From Candidatus Latescibacterota bacterium (GTDB lineage Bacteria > Latescibacterota > CBDEFO01): a DNA stretch of 64,000 nt. The notes beneath the pieces were generated by a model, which made no database searches, had not been told where the DNA came from, and saw only the letters and a program-made list of their open reading frames with translations. The DNA is taken from NCBI GenBank assembly GCA_965248755.1, contig OZ252149.1, forward strand, positions 3,040,001 through 3,104,000, in the 5' to 3' direction. Positions 40,745 to 50,904 of the stretch are shown one piece after another (within the stretch, counting starts at the first letter, position 1; each line of letters opens with the position of its first letter). The translations under genes were made by a program, and so were the position numbers.

Positions 40745-40815
40745 CGAAGGCATTTGGGTGGAAGAAGCGAACCGAAAAACACGCTTTATGCGTTGTCGCT
40801 CCTCTGTCACTTGAA
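40745..40815. repeat. 71-bp repeat, copy 2
   Basis: Lies between the Rieske gene stop and a GTTGGCT core (minus strand, 40721-40715). Confidence 0.9.
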
Positions 40816-40830
40816 GCAGATGAGTTTTTG

Positions 40831-42594
40831 CTATGCCTCTTCATACAGGCGTTCGCCGCGGTAGAGCCGGAGGGCAATCTGATACGTCTGTCCTTGTGCC
40901 CGAACCGTCGGCGCATGGGCTGCCAGATACCGCGCTGCAGCCAACAGTACATGTGCCTCAGCTGGTGTTCGGCGCAGCAGAGCATACTGACGGAAGGCCG
41001 CTTCGACCATCTGAATCGTGTGAAAGTCGCGATCCTCGCGCAGCAGTAATCTTCCCAGCACAGCCAACAGCCGATCCGGGTTCCCGCCACTGTACAGATA
41101 GCGTGCGACCAATTGGCCCGCCTCGTTCACCTGCTGCTGTCGGTCCAACAGCGCTGAGAGCTCATCCAGAAGCACTTGGGGGTTCTTGACTGTGTCATCT
41201 GGCTCGGGCAGGGGAACCGCGGGCACGTTCAAAAAGCGGTCGAGGTATATACTCATCGCCGCGTCGAAGACGCCTCGCAGCAGTTCCGGCGACGCTATCC
41301 GCCTCAGCCCCTGGTGCACGGCGTTGGCAAACGTAAAGGTGTGCAGTGCCGTGTCCCAGTCTGCGAACTCGTTGCTGATATGGAAGCGGGCAATGCGCAG
41401 CGCTGCAGCGTAAGCCACCGCACTGGCCAATTCTTCTTCGCTACTGCCCTCCTGTAGCGCCTCTAACAGTGCGCCGGCAATGGCCTGTGGGTCCTCGCCC
41501 AAAAGCACTGGCACCAGTGTGTCGCGTCCCGTCCACGTCCCGCGCTGACCTTGGCCCGTCTCCAGCGCGGCCGGCAGCGCCTCGAAGGCGCTCTCCAGGA
41601 TCGCAATCAGGTCCACAGGGTTGCGCCAAGCGTTGGATTCCTCCATCCGATCGGCGTTGGCATAGCCGGAGACCAAGCTGGTCAGTACCGGTTCAGCGTA
41701 ATCCCATCCCCCTGCATCGAGTGCCTCCAGCGCCTTGTTGGTAAAGTCGGCAACATGGCCGATGTCGATATAGCGGTGGTCGGTAGCGGCGGCAAAGAGC
41801 ATATCGGCCATCTGCCGATGGTCGGCGCCGGCTCGCACGGCCGACACAATACAACGCTCGGCACCCTCAGCGTCGCGAACCTCGACGAACTGGCGGAACC
41901 AGCGCTTGAGCGTATCCAGGTCCGTCGTCAGGGTCGGGAGCGGGTGAATCTCGAAACGCGGCGGCCTACCAGCGCACTCCTGAGCAACGGCCGCCAGACC
42001 GTGGTAGAGAGAGCGCGGTCGGTCTTCAGCATTCAGATTGGGCAGCAGGTTCATCATGCAGGTGTGCATGGTCAGACCTTGCCCCCAGCCGGACTGCCGA
42101 TAACGCGCCCCGAAGTCGAGCCCAATGCGAAATGGCTCAGCCGGTTCTCCGTCATCATCTAACAAGGTGATGATGGCCTTCCCAATGACCAGTGAGATGG
42201 CTCGCTCCAGCCCATCCTGCAGACGCAGACGCTGATGAGCGCGCGGGTCTACGCGCAGCGCCAGGTCCACCCACACCTCACCGTCGCGGATTTGCACAGG
42301 GAAGCTGCGCACATCGTCGGCCCACTGGTCGAACGTTCCACCACTGGCCAGGTCAAAGCGCGCGTGGTGCCAGTGACAGGTCAGAATACCGTTTTTGAGG
42401 GTGCCGCGGTCGAGAGGGAAGCCCATGTGCGGGCAGCGGTTGTCCACAGCATAGATCTTGTCCCCCTGGGCGAACAGCGCCAGCGTGTGCCCATCGACCT
42501 GGACGTGCATACAGCCGGTAGCTTGCACCTCAGCCAGACGGGCGGCACGCACGTAGTTTTCGGCGCTCGTTGACATCTTGAACTTTTTACTCAT
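40831..42594 (-). CDS. Rieske (2Fe-2S) domain fused to a large helical His-containing domain
   Basis: CPH..CHWH Rieske motif; GH.ADFTNKA, LHTFT and FHTIQ motifs. Confidence 0.88.
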   Translation of the reverse strand: MSKKFKMSTSAENYVRAARLAEVQATGCMHVQVDGHTLALFAQGDKIYAVDNRCPHMGFPLDRGTLKNGILTCHWHHARFDLASGGTFDQWADDVRSFPVQIRDGEVWVDLALRVDPRAHQRLRLQDGLERAISLVIGKAIITLLDDDGEPAEPFRIGLDFGARYRQSGWGQGLTMHTCMMNLLPNLNAEDRPRSLYHGLAAVAQECAGRPPRFEIHPLPTLTTDLDTLKRWFRQFVEVRDAEGAERCIVSAVRAGADHRQMADMLFAAATDHRYIDIGHVADFTNKALEALDAGGWDYAEPVLTSLVSGYANADRMEESNAWRNPVDLIAILESAFEALPAALETGQGQRGTWTGRDTLVPVLLGEDPQAIAGALLEALQEGSSEEELASAVAYAAALRIARFHISNEFADWDTALHTFTFANAVHQGLRRIASPELLRGVFDAAMSIYLDRFLNVPAVPLPEPDDTVKNPQVLLDELSALLDRQQQVNEAGQLVARYLYSGGNPDRLLAVLGRLLLREDRDFHTIQMVEAAFRQYALLRRTPAEAHVLLAAARYLAAHAPTVRAQGQTYQIALRLYRGERLYEEA

Positions 42595-42745
42595 ATTGCA
42601 TCACCCTCCTGTAAGATAGCGTATAACGATCTTTATTCTGGATTTTTGGACCGAAACTCCAAAACATTGCCATCCAGATCATAGAAGTAATACGCAGTGG
42701 ATGTGCTCCTTCATATCAGTACCTCATCTCAGGTTGAATGCCTTT

Positions 42746-43278
42746 TTATTCTTTATTTTCTGACATATAGCTCAGATAATCCTGATTCGTCAATCCCTTC
42801 ATGTTCTGAACATAATTCCAAAGAGTTATAGTCTCACCTGTCTTCTGATTCTTAAAACAAAAGGGTGTGTTGTCATAGTGATAGAGGTGCCCTCTCGCTT
42901 GGTCTCCGTTTATGTCTCCAGTTGTGGCCTCCCAGCCCTTTCCTCTTCTATTAAACCCAAACTCAGAAAAAACCATAGCAGCTTGGGGCTGTATGCGGGG
43001 ACATATTTCATCCAGAAGATCTTTGACATCTTTAGCCCAATTAATTCATAAACTTGGTGGAGTCATTGAGAGGAGCAAAGCGACGAAGCAATCTCAAGGT
43101 TTTATAGTAGTCTCCTATCAGAGCTGGAGAGTATTACATCTACCACAGAATCGAGATTGCTTCGCCTCCGGCTGGCAATGACACCGAAGGTGGTTAAACG
43201 GTATAACTATAATATAATACAATCTCTTAATTAATACACGGCCTTTTTTTGTGAATTATTCGGGTTAGTTTCAGCCAT
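42746..43278 (-). pseudogene. Primase-like N-terminal fragment interrupted by MITE copy D
   Basis: Removing the MITE and one TTAG restores the frame MAETKDVKDLLDEICPRIQ..; the primase assignment is tentative. Confidence 0.5.
43033..43267 (+). mobile_element. MITE copy D (lacks the nested palindrome)
   Basis: TTAG duplication at 43032-43035 and 43265-43268. Confidence 0.9.
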
Positions 43279-43324
43279 AGCGTAAATATCCCTTGTTTTA
43301 CTTATCTACCTCAGGACCAACGTT

Positions 43325-43603
43325 TCAGGGCTGTTTAGACAAATTCATCAACACTGACACATTATCGCTGTTCTGATTAGCTACCGCCAGGTCATTATCT
43401 CCATCTCCATCCAAATCCGCACTGAATACTGATCCGGGAACACTTCCAACACCATAGTCAGTTTTGGCTCCGAAAAGGGTACCACCTTGCGTTCCATTGT
43501 CTCCACTGTCTCCAGTTACGTTGTCTCCACCACAGCCTGCCATTAGCAAGAGTAATGTATAGCTCAACAGAGCTGTAAAATGAAAGGTCAATCGTGTTCT
43601 CAT
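43325..43603 (-). CDS. Short lipoprotein with a single FG-GAP/VCBS repeat (likely deletion derivative)
   Basis: MAGC lipobox; ADLDGDGDNDLAVAN. Confidence 0.6.
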   Translation of the reverse strand: MRTRLTFHFTALLSYTLLLLMAGCGGDNVTGDSGDNGTQGGTLFGAKTDYGVGSVPGSVFSADLDGDGDNDLAVANQNSDNVSVLMNLSKQP

Positions 43604-43752
43604 GGTGGTATCCCTACCTTTTTGATGTTGTAAAGTATGGATCAATTATTTGTTTCCGATAATTGCCATTTTTTGTCCTGGGCTCATCTTTATACAGTAA
43701 ATCACGATTTGATGTATAAACACCCAAGCCTTCTGGACTCTGGCCTTCCCTG

Positions 43753-43826
43753 GGCTAACGTGCCTCGGCTACACGAACCCAAAGGGTTAGACAGAACGAA
43801 GTGGATCCGTGTGACCGATGTTATGA
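43753..43826 (-). other. attC-like site
   Basis: Minus strand TCATAAC..TCGGTCACACGGA..TTCGTGTAGCCGA-GGCAC-GTTAGCC. Confidence 0.6.
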
Positions 43827-43907
43827 GAGGTGTCTTCCAGTAAGTTTCCACTGAATACAAAACCAGAGGCTATTAATTTTCTACTCTACTTTGATAGACA
43901 TAGATAC

Positions 43908-44378
43908 TCAGCGTGCTATTCGACTCTTAATAGCACCCCATGTAATTAGCTCAACCACCGTACCCAACTCAGAGAGATCCTCAGCTGCTCTTGTCAAAAA
44001 TTTGGTTCTGCTACAAATGATTACTCCTAATCTTTTAGCTTCATAAAACCCATAGGCGGCATAGACTAGATAATCTTTATTCATCTGGAACTTATATCCA
44101 CAAATTCCATCATGAGATCCTGTAGAAACTGTAATTTCTTTCCCCTCAACTCCCTTCCATGTATCTATCACATCAAACTTGATAACCAATAATTCATTCT
44201 CTTCAATTATAATTTCAATTACACTACCTGAGAAAACAGCATCTACCATTTCAAGTTCTTCGAGTGCACTACCCGACATTTCACAACTACAACCAAGACT
44301 TGCGGTCGGCGAATACAAGCTTATGGCAGCAAAAGCCATTATATAAAAGAGAGTATTCCTCATAACCAATCTCCTCAT
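43908..44378 (-). CDS. Secreted TIMP/NTR-fold-like protein with C-terminal TWGxIK motif
   Basis: CSC..VFSG.V..CG..F..YLVYA..CSRT; ends VELITWGAIK. Confidence 0.75.
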   Translation of the reverse strand: MRRLVMRNTLFYIMAFAAISLYSPTASLGCSCEMSGSALEELEMVDAVFSGSVIEIIIEENELLVIKFDVIDTWKGVEGKEITVSTGSHDGICGYKFQMNKDYLVYAAYGFYEAKRLGVIICSRTKFLTRAAEDLSELGTVVELITWGAIKSRIAR

Positions 44379-44973
44379 TAACCGAATGTTAAAATGATCC
44401 TGCTAGGCTCTCAGGCTAATCTGAGTATCTGCTTTAAACCATCCAGGGCTTCACGCTGACTCCCTCCATCTCCTCCCATTCTCCTTGCGCTTCTTTTGAA
44501 CTTTATTGAAAAGCCTCTTTGAGACTATGGGTTCCTGTTGTAGCCGTAGGTAAGGTTCCCCCCAGCGTAGGCCCCACCTTTTGCCTTCTGTCATTGCGAC
44601 CGAAGCGAAGCAAGCTCGTAGTCGGCAGCCACGATTAAATCTATCGCAGGATAGACGCCCGATTGAGCCATTCGGGGAGACGCCCGATAGAATCATTCGG
44701 GGGCAGGCCCCCTACTCAAAGGGGGCATATTTGGATCTCTTAAAGTAGCTCAAGAGACTGCTTCTGGGCAGGAGGTATTTTTTCCGGGGCTTGTAGGCCG
44801 AGACCAATCCGAAGTGTGTGTATTAGATGACGTGCCTCTCTGAGCACCGTAAGAACTTTGCTGCCTCTTTGACGGTAAGCATGTCGTGGATATTCATCTT
44901 TTCCTCCTTTTGAATACGCGAGTTTGTCTTTCTCCATCCTCAGATGTAAATCACTTTCTTTTCTGCTCCCAAT

Positions 44974-45066
44974 TGGGGAGGATGGGGAGGATAAAACTAA
45001 ACTTTCTCAAAAACACATTTTTTATTATTATCAAAAAGTCTAAGAAGATCCTCCCCATCCTCCCCA
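44974..45066. repeat. Perfect 19-bp inverted repeat around an AT-rich spacer (ori-like)
   Basis: TGGGGAGGATGGGGAGGAT .. ATCCTCCCCATCCTCCCCA. Confidence 0.85.
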
Positions 45067-45204
45067 CTATTCTCCTACGCCCTCTAATAACCCGATTCCA
45101 AGGTAGTAATATTTTCCACCGATCTTCTTTTTGTCAAAGTGCTCTCCCATCCATTTTCCAAAAGACTGCTTGCTCACTGGCCTGTGTCCGTTTTCTTCGC
45201 ACCA

Positions 45205-45295
45205 TTTTGTGAAATTTTTGCGGGTCGTCCACAAACGATAGATTGAAGGGTATCAGTCTGATCCGCTCCCAGAGGGCGTAGGCGCTCCCAGAGGG
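45205..45295 (-). pseudogene. P4/D5-family primase-helicase fragment
   Basis: AYALWERIRLIPFNLSFVDDP resembles the SF3 helicase A.WRR..IPF motif. Confidence 0.5.
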
Positions 45296-45386
45296 CGTGG
45301 GCGTTTGCCCTGGGCTTGTGGTTGGTCTGCAGGAAGAGCGTGAATGTAGGCCGGGCATCACGAGTTCGGGTAGCCTTACTCGGGCC

Positions 45387-46382
45387 TCAGCCCGCCAGCA
45401 GATCACGGATGGCAGCGACGATGTCTTCTACTTGGGGCACGACGGACGCTTCTAAAGGGGGACTGTAAGGGGTCGGGGTATGGAGGCCGTTCAAGCGGCG
45501 GATAGGCGCATCCAGATCGTCAAAACCCCGGTCGATGACCTGCGCCGCTATCTCGGAGCCGATACCACAGGGCGCGAAGGTCTCATCTACAATCAAGAGC
45601 CGCCCGGTTTTGTGCACCGACGCCAAAATCGTGTCCATATCCAGCGGGGCCAGGGTGCGCGGGTCAACCACTTCAATGGAGACCCCCTCCTGTGCCAGTT
45701 GATCGCAAGCCGCAAGCGTTTTATCGACCATGGAGCCGATGGCCACGACGGTGCTGTCAGTGCCTTCACGGGAGATCCGTGCCTGGCCGAACGGAATGGT
45801 GTAGTCCTCTTCGGGCACCTGTCCCTTGTTAAAGATAAGCGATCTATGCTCCAAAAAGAGCACGGGATCGCCGCCACGGAGGGCGGTGGTGAAGAGGCCC
45901 TTGGCGTCGTAGGCGTTGGATGGTACCACCACGCGAAAGCCGGGAAGATGTACAAATATGGGATAGTAACTGCCGGAATGGTGAGTGGCGGCCGAATTGC
46001 CGATGCCGATGCAGCCGCGCAGCAGAATGGGCATCTTCAGACGGCCGCTGCTCATATATTGGACCTTAGCGATCTGGTTGACCAGCTCCCCGGCGGCGTC
46101 CAGGATAAAGTCCAGAAATAGAAGATCCACTACCGGTCTGGTACCCGTCATGGCGGCGCCCGTGCACAGGCCGACAAAGCCTCGTTCACAGATAGGGGTA
46201 TCGCGCAGTCGCTGGGGTCCAAAGCGCTCGTACAGGCCGGTCGTGGTGTTGAAGTTGCCGCCCCGCGCGCCGATGCCTTCACCCACTACAAAGATGGTAG
46301 GATCCCGCTCCATCTCGGCCGCCAGAGCCTCTCGGGTGGCCTCCATAAATGTTATCTCTCGGGCAGCTTGCTCTTGACCCAT
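45387..46382 (-). CDS. TPP-dependent 2-oxoacid/acetoin dehydrogenase E1 beta
   Basis: DTPICE, RPVV, DPRTLAPLD, LDAPIRR. Confidence 0.92.
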   Translation of the reverse strand: MGQEQAAREITFMEATREALAAEMERDPTIFVVGEGIGARGGNFNTTTGLYERFGPQRLRDTPICERGFVGLCTGAAMTGTRPVVDLLFLDFILDAAGELVNQIAKVQYMSSGRLKMPILLRGCIGIGNSAATHHSGSYYPIFVHLPGFRVVVPSNAYDAKGLFTTALRGGDPVLFLEHRSLIFNKGQVPEEDYTIPFGQARISREGTDSTVVAIGSMVDKTLAACDQLAQEGVSIEVVDPRTLAPLDMDTILASVHKTGRLLIVDETFAPCGIGSEIAAQVIDRGFDDLDAPIRRLNGLHTPTPYSPPLEASVVPQVEDIVAAIRDLLAG

Positions 46383-46426
46383 CGCCTCATTTCAACTGAT
46401 GATTACGTCCTGTCTGATGCAGGCTC

Positions 46427-47410
46427 TTACGTGCTAAAGATAAAATCGGTCGCCGTGGACGGATCGGGCCACGGGCTCTCCACGGCATACGCCATGGCGT
46501 CTTCGATCAAGGCCGTCATCTCCGCTTCGATGGCGGCGAAGTCCTGTTCCTCTGCTCTACCCTCGGCCAGCAGCTTCTGCTTATGGGTGATAATCGGGTC
46601 GCGGGACTTCCAGGTGTCCACTTCCTCTTGCGTGCGGTAACCGGAATCGGTCATTCCTTCGCCATGAGGACGGGTGCGGTAAGTCTTGCATTCCAGAAGC
46701 GTAGGGCCGCCGCCAGTACGGGCCCGTTCGACCGCTGCGCCGGCGGCCTCATATACAGCCAGTACGTCGTTACCATCTACGATGACGCCAGGTAGGCCGT
46801 AGGCCGAGCCGCGATTGCCCACGTCGGGGTTGCCTGACGCATAGGCAAAGGGCACTTCGGTGGCATACAGGTTGTTCTCGCACACAAAGAGCACCGGCAG
46901 CTGCCAGATAGTTGCCATGTTAATTCCTTCGTGGAATGCGCCGTTGTTGACAGCTCCATCGCCAAAGAAGGCGACTCCGATGTGATCTTTCTGAAGCAGG
47001 CTGAAGGAATAACCGGCGCCCACAGCTTGCAGAATGCAGGGGCCTACAATGCCGCTGGTACCCATAAAGCCGACTTCAGGAGAAAAGAGGTGCATGCTGC
47101 CGCCTCGCCCCTGAGAACAGCCGGTCGCTCGCCCCAACAACTCCGCCGCCACTTCCCGGGGGGGAACGCCCTTGGCCAGGGCATGACCGTGGCCTCGGTG
47201 CGTGCTGAAGACCGCATCCTCCTTACGCAGATGGGCAGAGACACCCACAGCGATCGCTTCCTCACCAACGTAGGTGTGGCAGAAGCCGGGGATGAGACCG
47301 CTGCCATAGGCCCGAGCAAACTCTTCTTCGCAGTACCGGATCTTAACCATGTCGCGATAGAGAGCCAGCAATTGGTCTTTGCTCAAATTCGGAGTGGACT
47401 GATCGGTCAT
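46427..47410 (-). CDS. TPP-dependent 2-oxoacid/acetoin dehydrogenase E1 alpha
   Basis: STHRGHGH, GRGGSMH, GDG..ENN, TYR..H. Confidence 0.92.
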   Translation of the reverse strand: MTDQSTPNLSKDQLLALYRDMVKIRYCEEEFARAYGSGLIPGFCHTYVGEEAIAVGVSAHLRKEDAVFSTHRGHGHALAKGVPPREVAAELLGRATGCSQGRGGSMHLFSPEVGFMGTSGIVGPCILQAVGAGYSFSLLQKDHIGVAFFGDGAVNNGAFHEGINMATIWQLPVLFVCENNLYATEVPFAYASGNPDVGNRGSAYGLPGVIVDGNDVLAVYEAAGAAVERARTGGGPTLLECKTYRTRPHGEGMTDSGYRTQEEVDTWKSRDPIITHKQKLLAEGRAEEQDFAAIEAEMTALIEDAMAYAVESPWPDPSTATDFIFST

Positions 47411-47506
47411 ATTTTCGTATCCACAAGTTCCAGTAAATGTTGCAACTCAGGTCAAGGGCTAGGACCAGGGAAAACCACAGGGTTCTTTGCCTTCAGAGAC
47501 ATCATC

Positions 47507-48328
47507 TCATGTCTGTTCTTGGGGCGCGCCAGCCATCCCGGGATGGGAACCACCCGCATTTTTGGCCAGGTTTCCACCATCCAGAGGGATTAAGGCGCCC
47601 GTAATCCACGCCGAGGCATCGGAGGCCAGAAAGATGGCCAAGCCCTTGATATCTTCCGGTTGCCCCAGCCGGCCAATCGGTATACCACGCAGATAGGTCA
47701 AGTCCAGCATGGGATCGGCGTCTATCCGTTCCTGCAACCCCTGATTGAGTACCTGGGCGCAGACAATGGCGTTGGTGCGTACGCCTTTGGCGCTCCACTC
47801 GGTGCTCAGCTCGCGCGTCATCTGCGCTATCCCAGCCATCGCGATGCTGTACCCCAGGTGACCGCGGCCCAACGCTGTAAGGCCGGCGATAGACATGATA
47901 TTGATGATGCTGCCCTTGCCAGCGGCCAGCATGCGCCTGCCCGCCTCCTGGCAACAGAAGAGACGACCCACCACCAGGTTTTGCAGCGTCTCGTTTAGCT
48001 GATCCACGGTCAATTCTAAAGGCGGCTTGCGAATGCCTTCGCCAGCCACGTTGCCGAGTATGTCAATCCGCCCGAATTCCCGGTCCAGGCGGTCAAACAT
48101 GGCCTCGATCTGTTGCGGATCGGCCACATCGCAGGTTACAGGCACAGCAGCCCGGTTCATCTGCTGGATCTGCCCGGCGGTCTCCTCCACTCCTGCTGTA
48201 TTGATGTCTGCCAGTACTAGGTCAGCCCCCGACTCGGCAAAGGCCAGGGATATCGCTTTGCCCATACCGCTTGCGGCGCCGGATACCAACGCAACCCGTC
48301 CGTTTAAGTCAAATAAGGGATGGGACAT
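47507..48328 (-). CDS. SDR-family oxidoreductase
   Basis: GAASGMG; YxxxK altered to YSIAM. Confidence 0.85.
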   Translation of the reverse strand: MSHPLFDLNGRVALVSGAASGMGKAISLAFAESGADLVLADINTAGVEETAGQIQQMNRAAVPVTCDVADPQQIEAMFDRLDREFGRIDILGNVAGEGIRKPPLELTVDQLNETLQNLVVGRLFCCQEAGRRMLAAGKGSIINIMSIAGLTALGRGHLGYSIAMAGIAQMTRELSTEWSAKGVRTNAIVCAQVLNQGLQERIDADPMLDLTYLRGIPIGRLGQPEDIKGLAIFLASDASAWITGALIPLDGGNLAKNAGGSHPGMAGAPQEQT

Positions 48329-48486
48329 ACTATCAGTTGCTCGCTTCCTATTGATGATTCGGTGCAAAGCCTGGTTGGGTTTATGCTTACCCCTCAGTCA
48401 CCATGATTTACCGACGCCGATGCGTCCTCGATAACCCGCTGTCCCCCACATCCTCCCGATGGTATTCATCGTTCCTTACAGAGTAC

Positions 48487-50904
48487 CTATTCTGTCTGAG
48501 TGTCATTCGTCCCGTGAGACATTTGCCGTTTCCGGTGATCGATAACCCTTAAGAGAAAATCATGCTGTGATTCTTCTAACTCTCCATTTTCAAGATGGCC
48601 CCACATTCGCTTCTCAAGTGAGTTATAGTACTCGAGCCGCGTTGCATCGTTCATGCTCGTATCCTCCGCCTCCGCAATCGCCCTTATCTCCGCAAGAAAC
48701 GCCATCTTCAAATTCTGTCGTGCTTCGTTGATTCGATTATCGATTAGATCCTCCAACTCACGCCACCGTGAATTGTCAAGCTCGTCCCGATTCCACCAAT
48801 TCATGCTAACCCGCTTCCGGATACGGGCGCCAATCTTCAGGAGCTTCATAACAGAATGCTGGTCGCTGATGTCAACAGACACTTCGTGGATTGTTCTAGT
48901 CTCCAGGTGACTGATTCTATTGCGCTTCAATGTGAGGAGTCCCTTCCATCCGGCTACGAGTCCAGCAAGAATCGCCACTCTATACCATGCCCGTTTGTCC
49001 CATTCGAAAGGAGTCTTTGAAGGCAGATACTCCATTTCGAGATAGTACTCCTCCGCACCCGGGTGGAGAGGGATCGAAGGGAGATCTTCGGCCATGGGTT
49101 TCGCTACCATCCCGAGAGATTCGGCCCCTTCAAATATGGCCTGTGTGATTTCCTTTACATCGTAGATTGCTCCCAGCTCTTCTGTGCACACCAGGACGGA
49201 TCTTGTCTTTATTGTGCTAATTTCGGACTCGCCTTCCCTCTGAGAAGCATAAGTTCCAGGCATTATCTTGTGAGTCTTGAAGACTCCTCCGGTTAATCTC
49301 GCCAGCTTTCGGGATTCGATAGACAGGAGTCTGATGTTATCATCGTCAAGAATCGTTTCGACCGCATCACTCGGCACATAGCTAACGAAGAATCCGCAAT
49401 CGATCTCTCCGGTGTGCATCTTATCCACCATGTCTTGAACTGGGAGAAAAATTGGCGTTTCCATGGAGATATTATGTTGGCGGAGTAAGGACTCTGCTAT
49501 GATTCGTGTCCCGCTGTTCCTGGGCTCAAGACAAATTCGGAGGGCCTGTTCTCTGAGATCTCCGACAGTCGCTTTGGTGCTATCTTCAGGGGAGAGTTTA
49601 TCTCGCCTTATCATGATGTGGACCGCCTCGCTGTGAAGCGCTGCAATCCGCTTCATATTTTTTACTTCAGGGAAGTCAACTCCTTTGAAAGACTCTACTT
49701 TGTAAATGCTCTTGGGATTACCTTTATAGGAGGCACGCGCAACGTCGTATTGCATGATGGCAAGCGTCCGTCCAGGTCTATCTTTAAGATACTCCGCGTT
49801 TTGGACTGATCCGTCAGTGTGAATCACCCTTGCATCAATCCCTCTTCGTTCGAGCAATGTCCGCATCTCCTGGCCCAAATCATAGTATTTCCCTCTTATC
49901 GCTCCCGTTAATATATGCAGCTTCTCCTTTTCCTTATCCAGAAACTCAGTCGCTCCTCTATGGAATTTAAAACCGTCTGCGGTGTCCTTGAAAGCGGTCA
50001 TGAGCCCCACATCTTCCGCCCTCGTGTGCACGGTCAAGAGACTCTTTATCTTGTCGAACAAGGCGTCCAGGATGAGCAAAGCCAACTCGTCATCCAGGTT
50101 GCTTCTGCACACCAAAAGGGTTTCTATACTAAAGGTCTTGACACGCTTGGCCTGGTTCTCGTACAATCCGGCTGGTATATCTTCGATATCTGTTTCCTGG
50201 AAGAAAGAGATTTTTGATACTATTTCTTCGCTGTCCCGACTCAGGTCCAGGAGCTCGCAATCACCAGATTGAAGCGCGTTCTTTACGGCCGCTGTCGGCA
50301 TTCCCGCAACAAAGATGGCTGCATCTAGCGAATCTGATTTTAGCATTTCAGCAGCCTGCGTAAAACCGACCTTTACTGATACATTCGTGACATCTTTCTG
50401 GGGATCCAAGCCAACAGCATAAAGGAGAGAATCGGCGACCAGTTTTGTGCCGCTGCCCTCTTTGCCGAGATAAACCCTCTTTCCACGCAAATCGCTGAGG
50501 CTGTTTATGCCAGCATTCTTTCGCACGACGATCTGGAGCATATCTTCATATAGATTGGCCAGAATCCTTACCGAGTCAGATACTGCAGTTCCACGATGGA
50601 CTAACGCTGGTTCCAGCACAAAGGCGATATCAGCCTTTCCGGCGACAAGGCGGTCAATGTTGTCCAGTGAGCCGGCAGTCTCTAAATGCACGGCTTTTAC
50701 TATGGGTTTTCCGTCAAGTTTTTCGAGAATACGTGCGAACTGCTTACCCAATGGTAAATATGTGCCGCCCGGTGTAGCCGTCGCTATTTTGACTTCCCAC
50801 ATCTCACGCCGCGGGTAGTACACGATGAGAACGACACCAACAACAACGATAGTCAGCGTGACAATAATCTTACGCCGTAACTTGACCGTCATAACGATTG
50901 CCAC
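48487..50904 (-). CDS. Tandem TAXI (TRAP substrate-binding) domain membrane protein
   Basis: Two repeats of TA/G..GG.Y, T.GS..N, SGT and H.GA; N-terminal TM, second TM and a cytoplasmic tail. Confidence 0.85.
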   Translation of the reverse strand: MAIVMTVKLRRKIIVTLTIVVVGVVLIVYYPRREMWEVKIATATPGGTYLPLGKQFARILEKLDGKPIVKAVHLETAGSLDNIDRLVAGKADIAFVLEPALVHRGTAVSDSVRILANLYEDMLQIVVRKNAGINSLSDLRGKRVYLGKEGSGTKLVADSLLYAVGLDPQKDVTNVSVKVGFTQAAEMLKSDSLDAAIFVAGMPTAAVKNALQSGDCELLDLSRDSEEIVSKISFFQETDIEDIPAGLYENQAKRVKTFSIETLLVCRSNLDDELALLILDALFDKIKSLLTVHTRAEDVGLMTAFKDTADGFKFHRGATEFLDKEKEKLHILTGAIRGKYYDLGQEMRTLLERRGIDARVIHTDGSVQNAEYLKDRPGRTLAIMQYDVARASYKGNPKSIYKVESFKGVDFPEVKNMKRIAALHSEAVHIMIRRDKLSPEDSTKATVGDLREQALRICLEPRNSGTRIIAESLLRQHNISMETPIFLPVQDMVDKMHTGEIDCGFFVSYVPSDAVETILDDDNIRLLSIESRKLARLTGGVFKTHKIMPGTYASQREGESEISTIKTRSVLVCTEELGAIYDVKEITQAIFEGAESLGMVAKPMAEDLPSIPLHPGAEEYYLEMEYLPSKTPFEWDKRAWYRVAILAGLVAGWKGLLTLKRNRISHLETRTIHEVSVDISDQHSVMKLLKIGARIRKRVSMNWWNRDELDNSRWRELEDLIDNRINEARQNLKMAFLAEIRAIAEAEDTSMNDATRLEYYNSLEKRMWGHLENGELEESQHDFLLRVIDHRKRQMSHGTNDTQTE

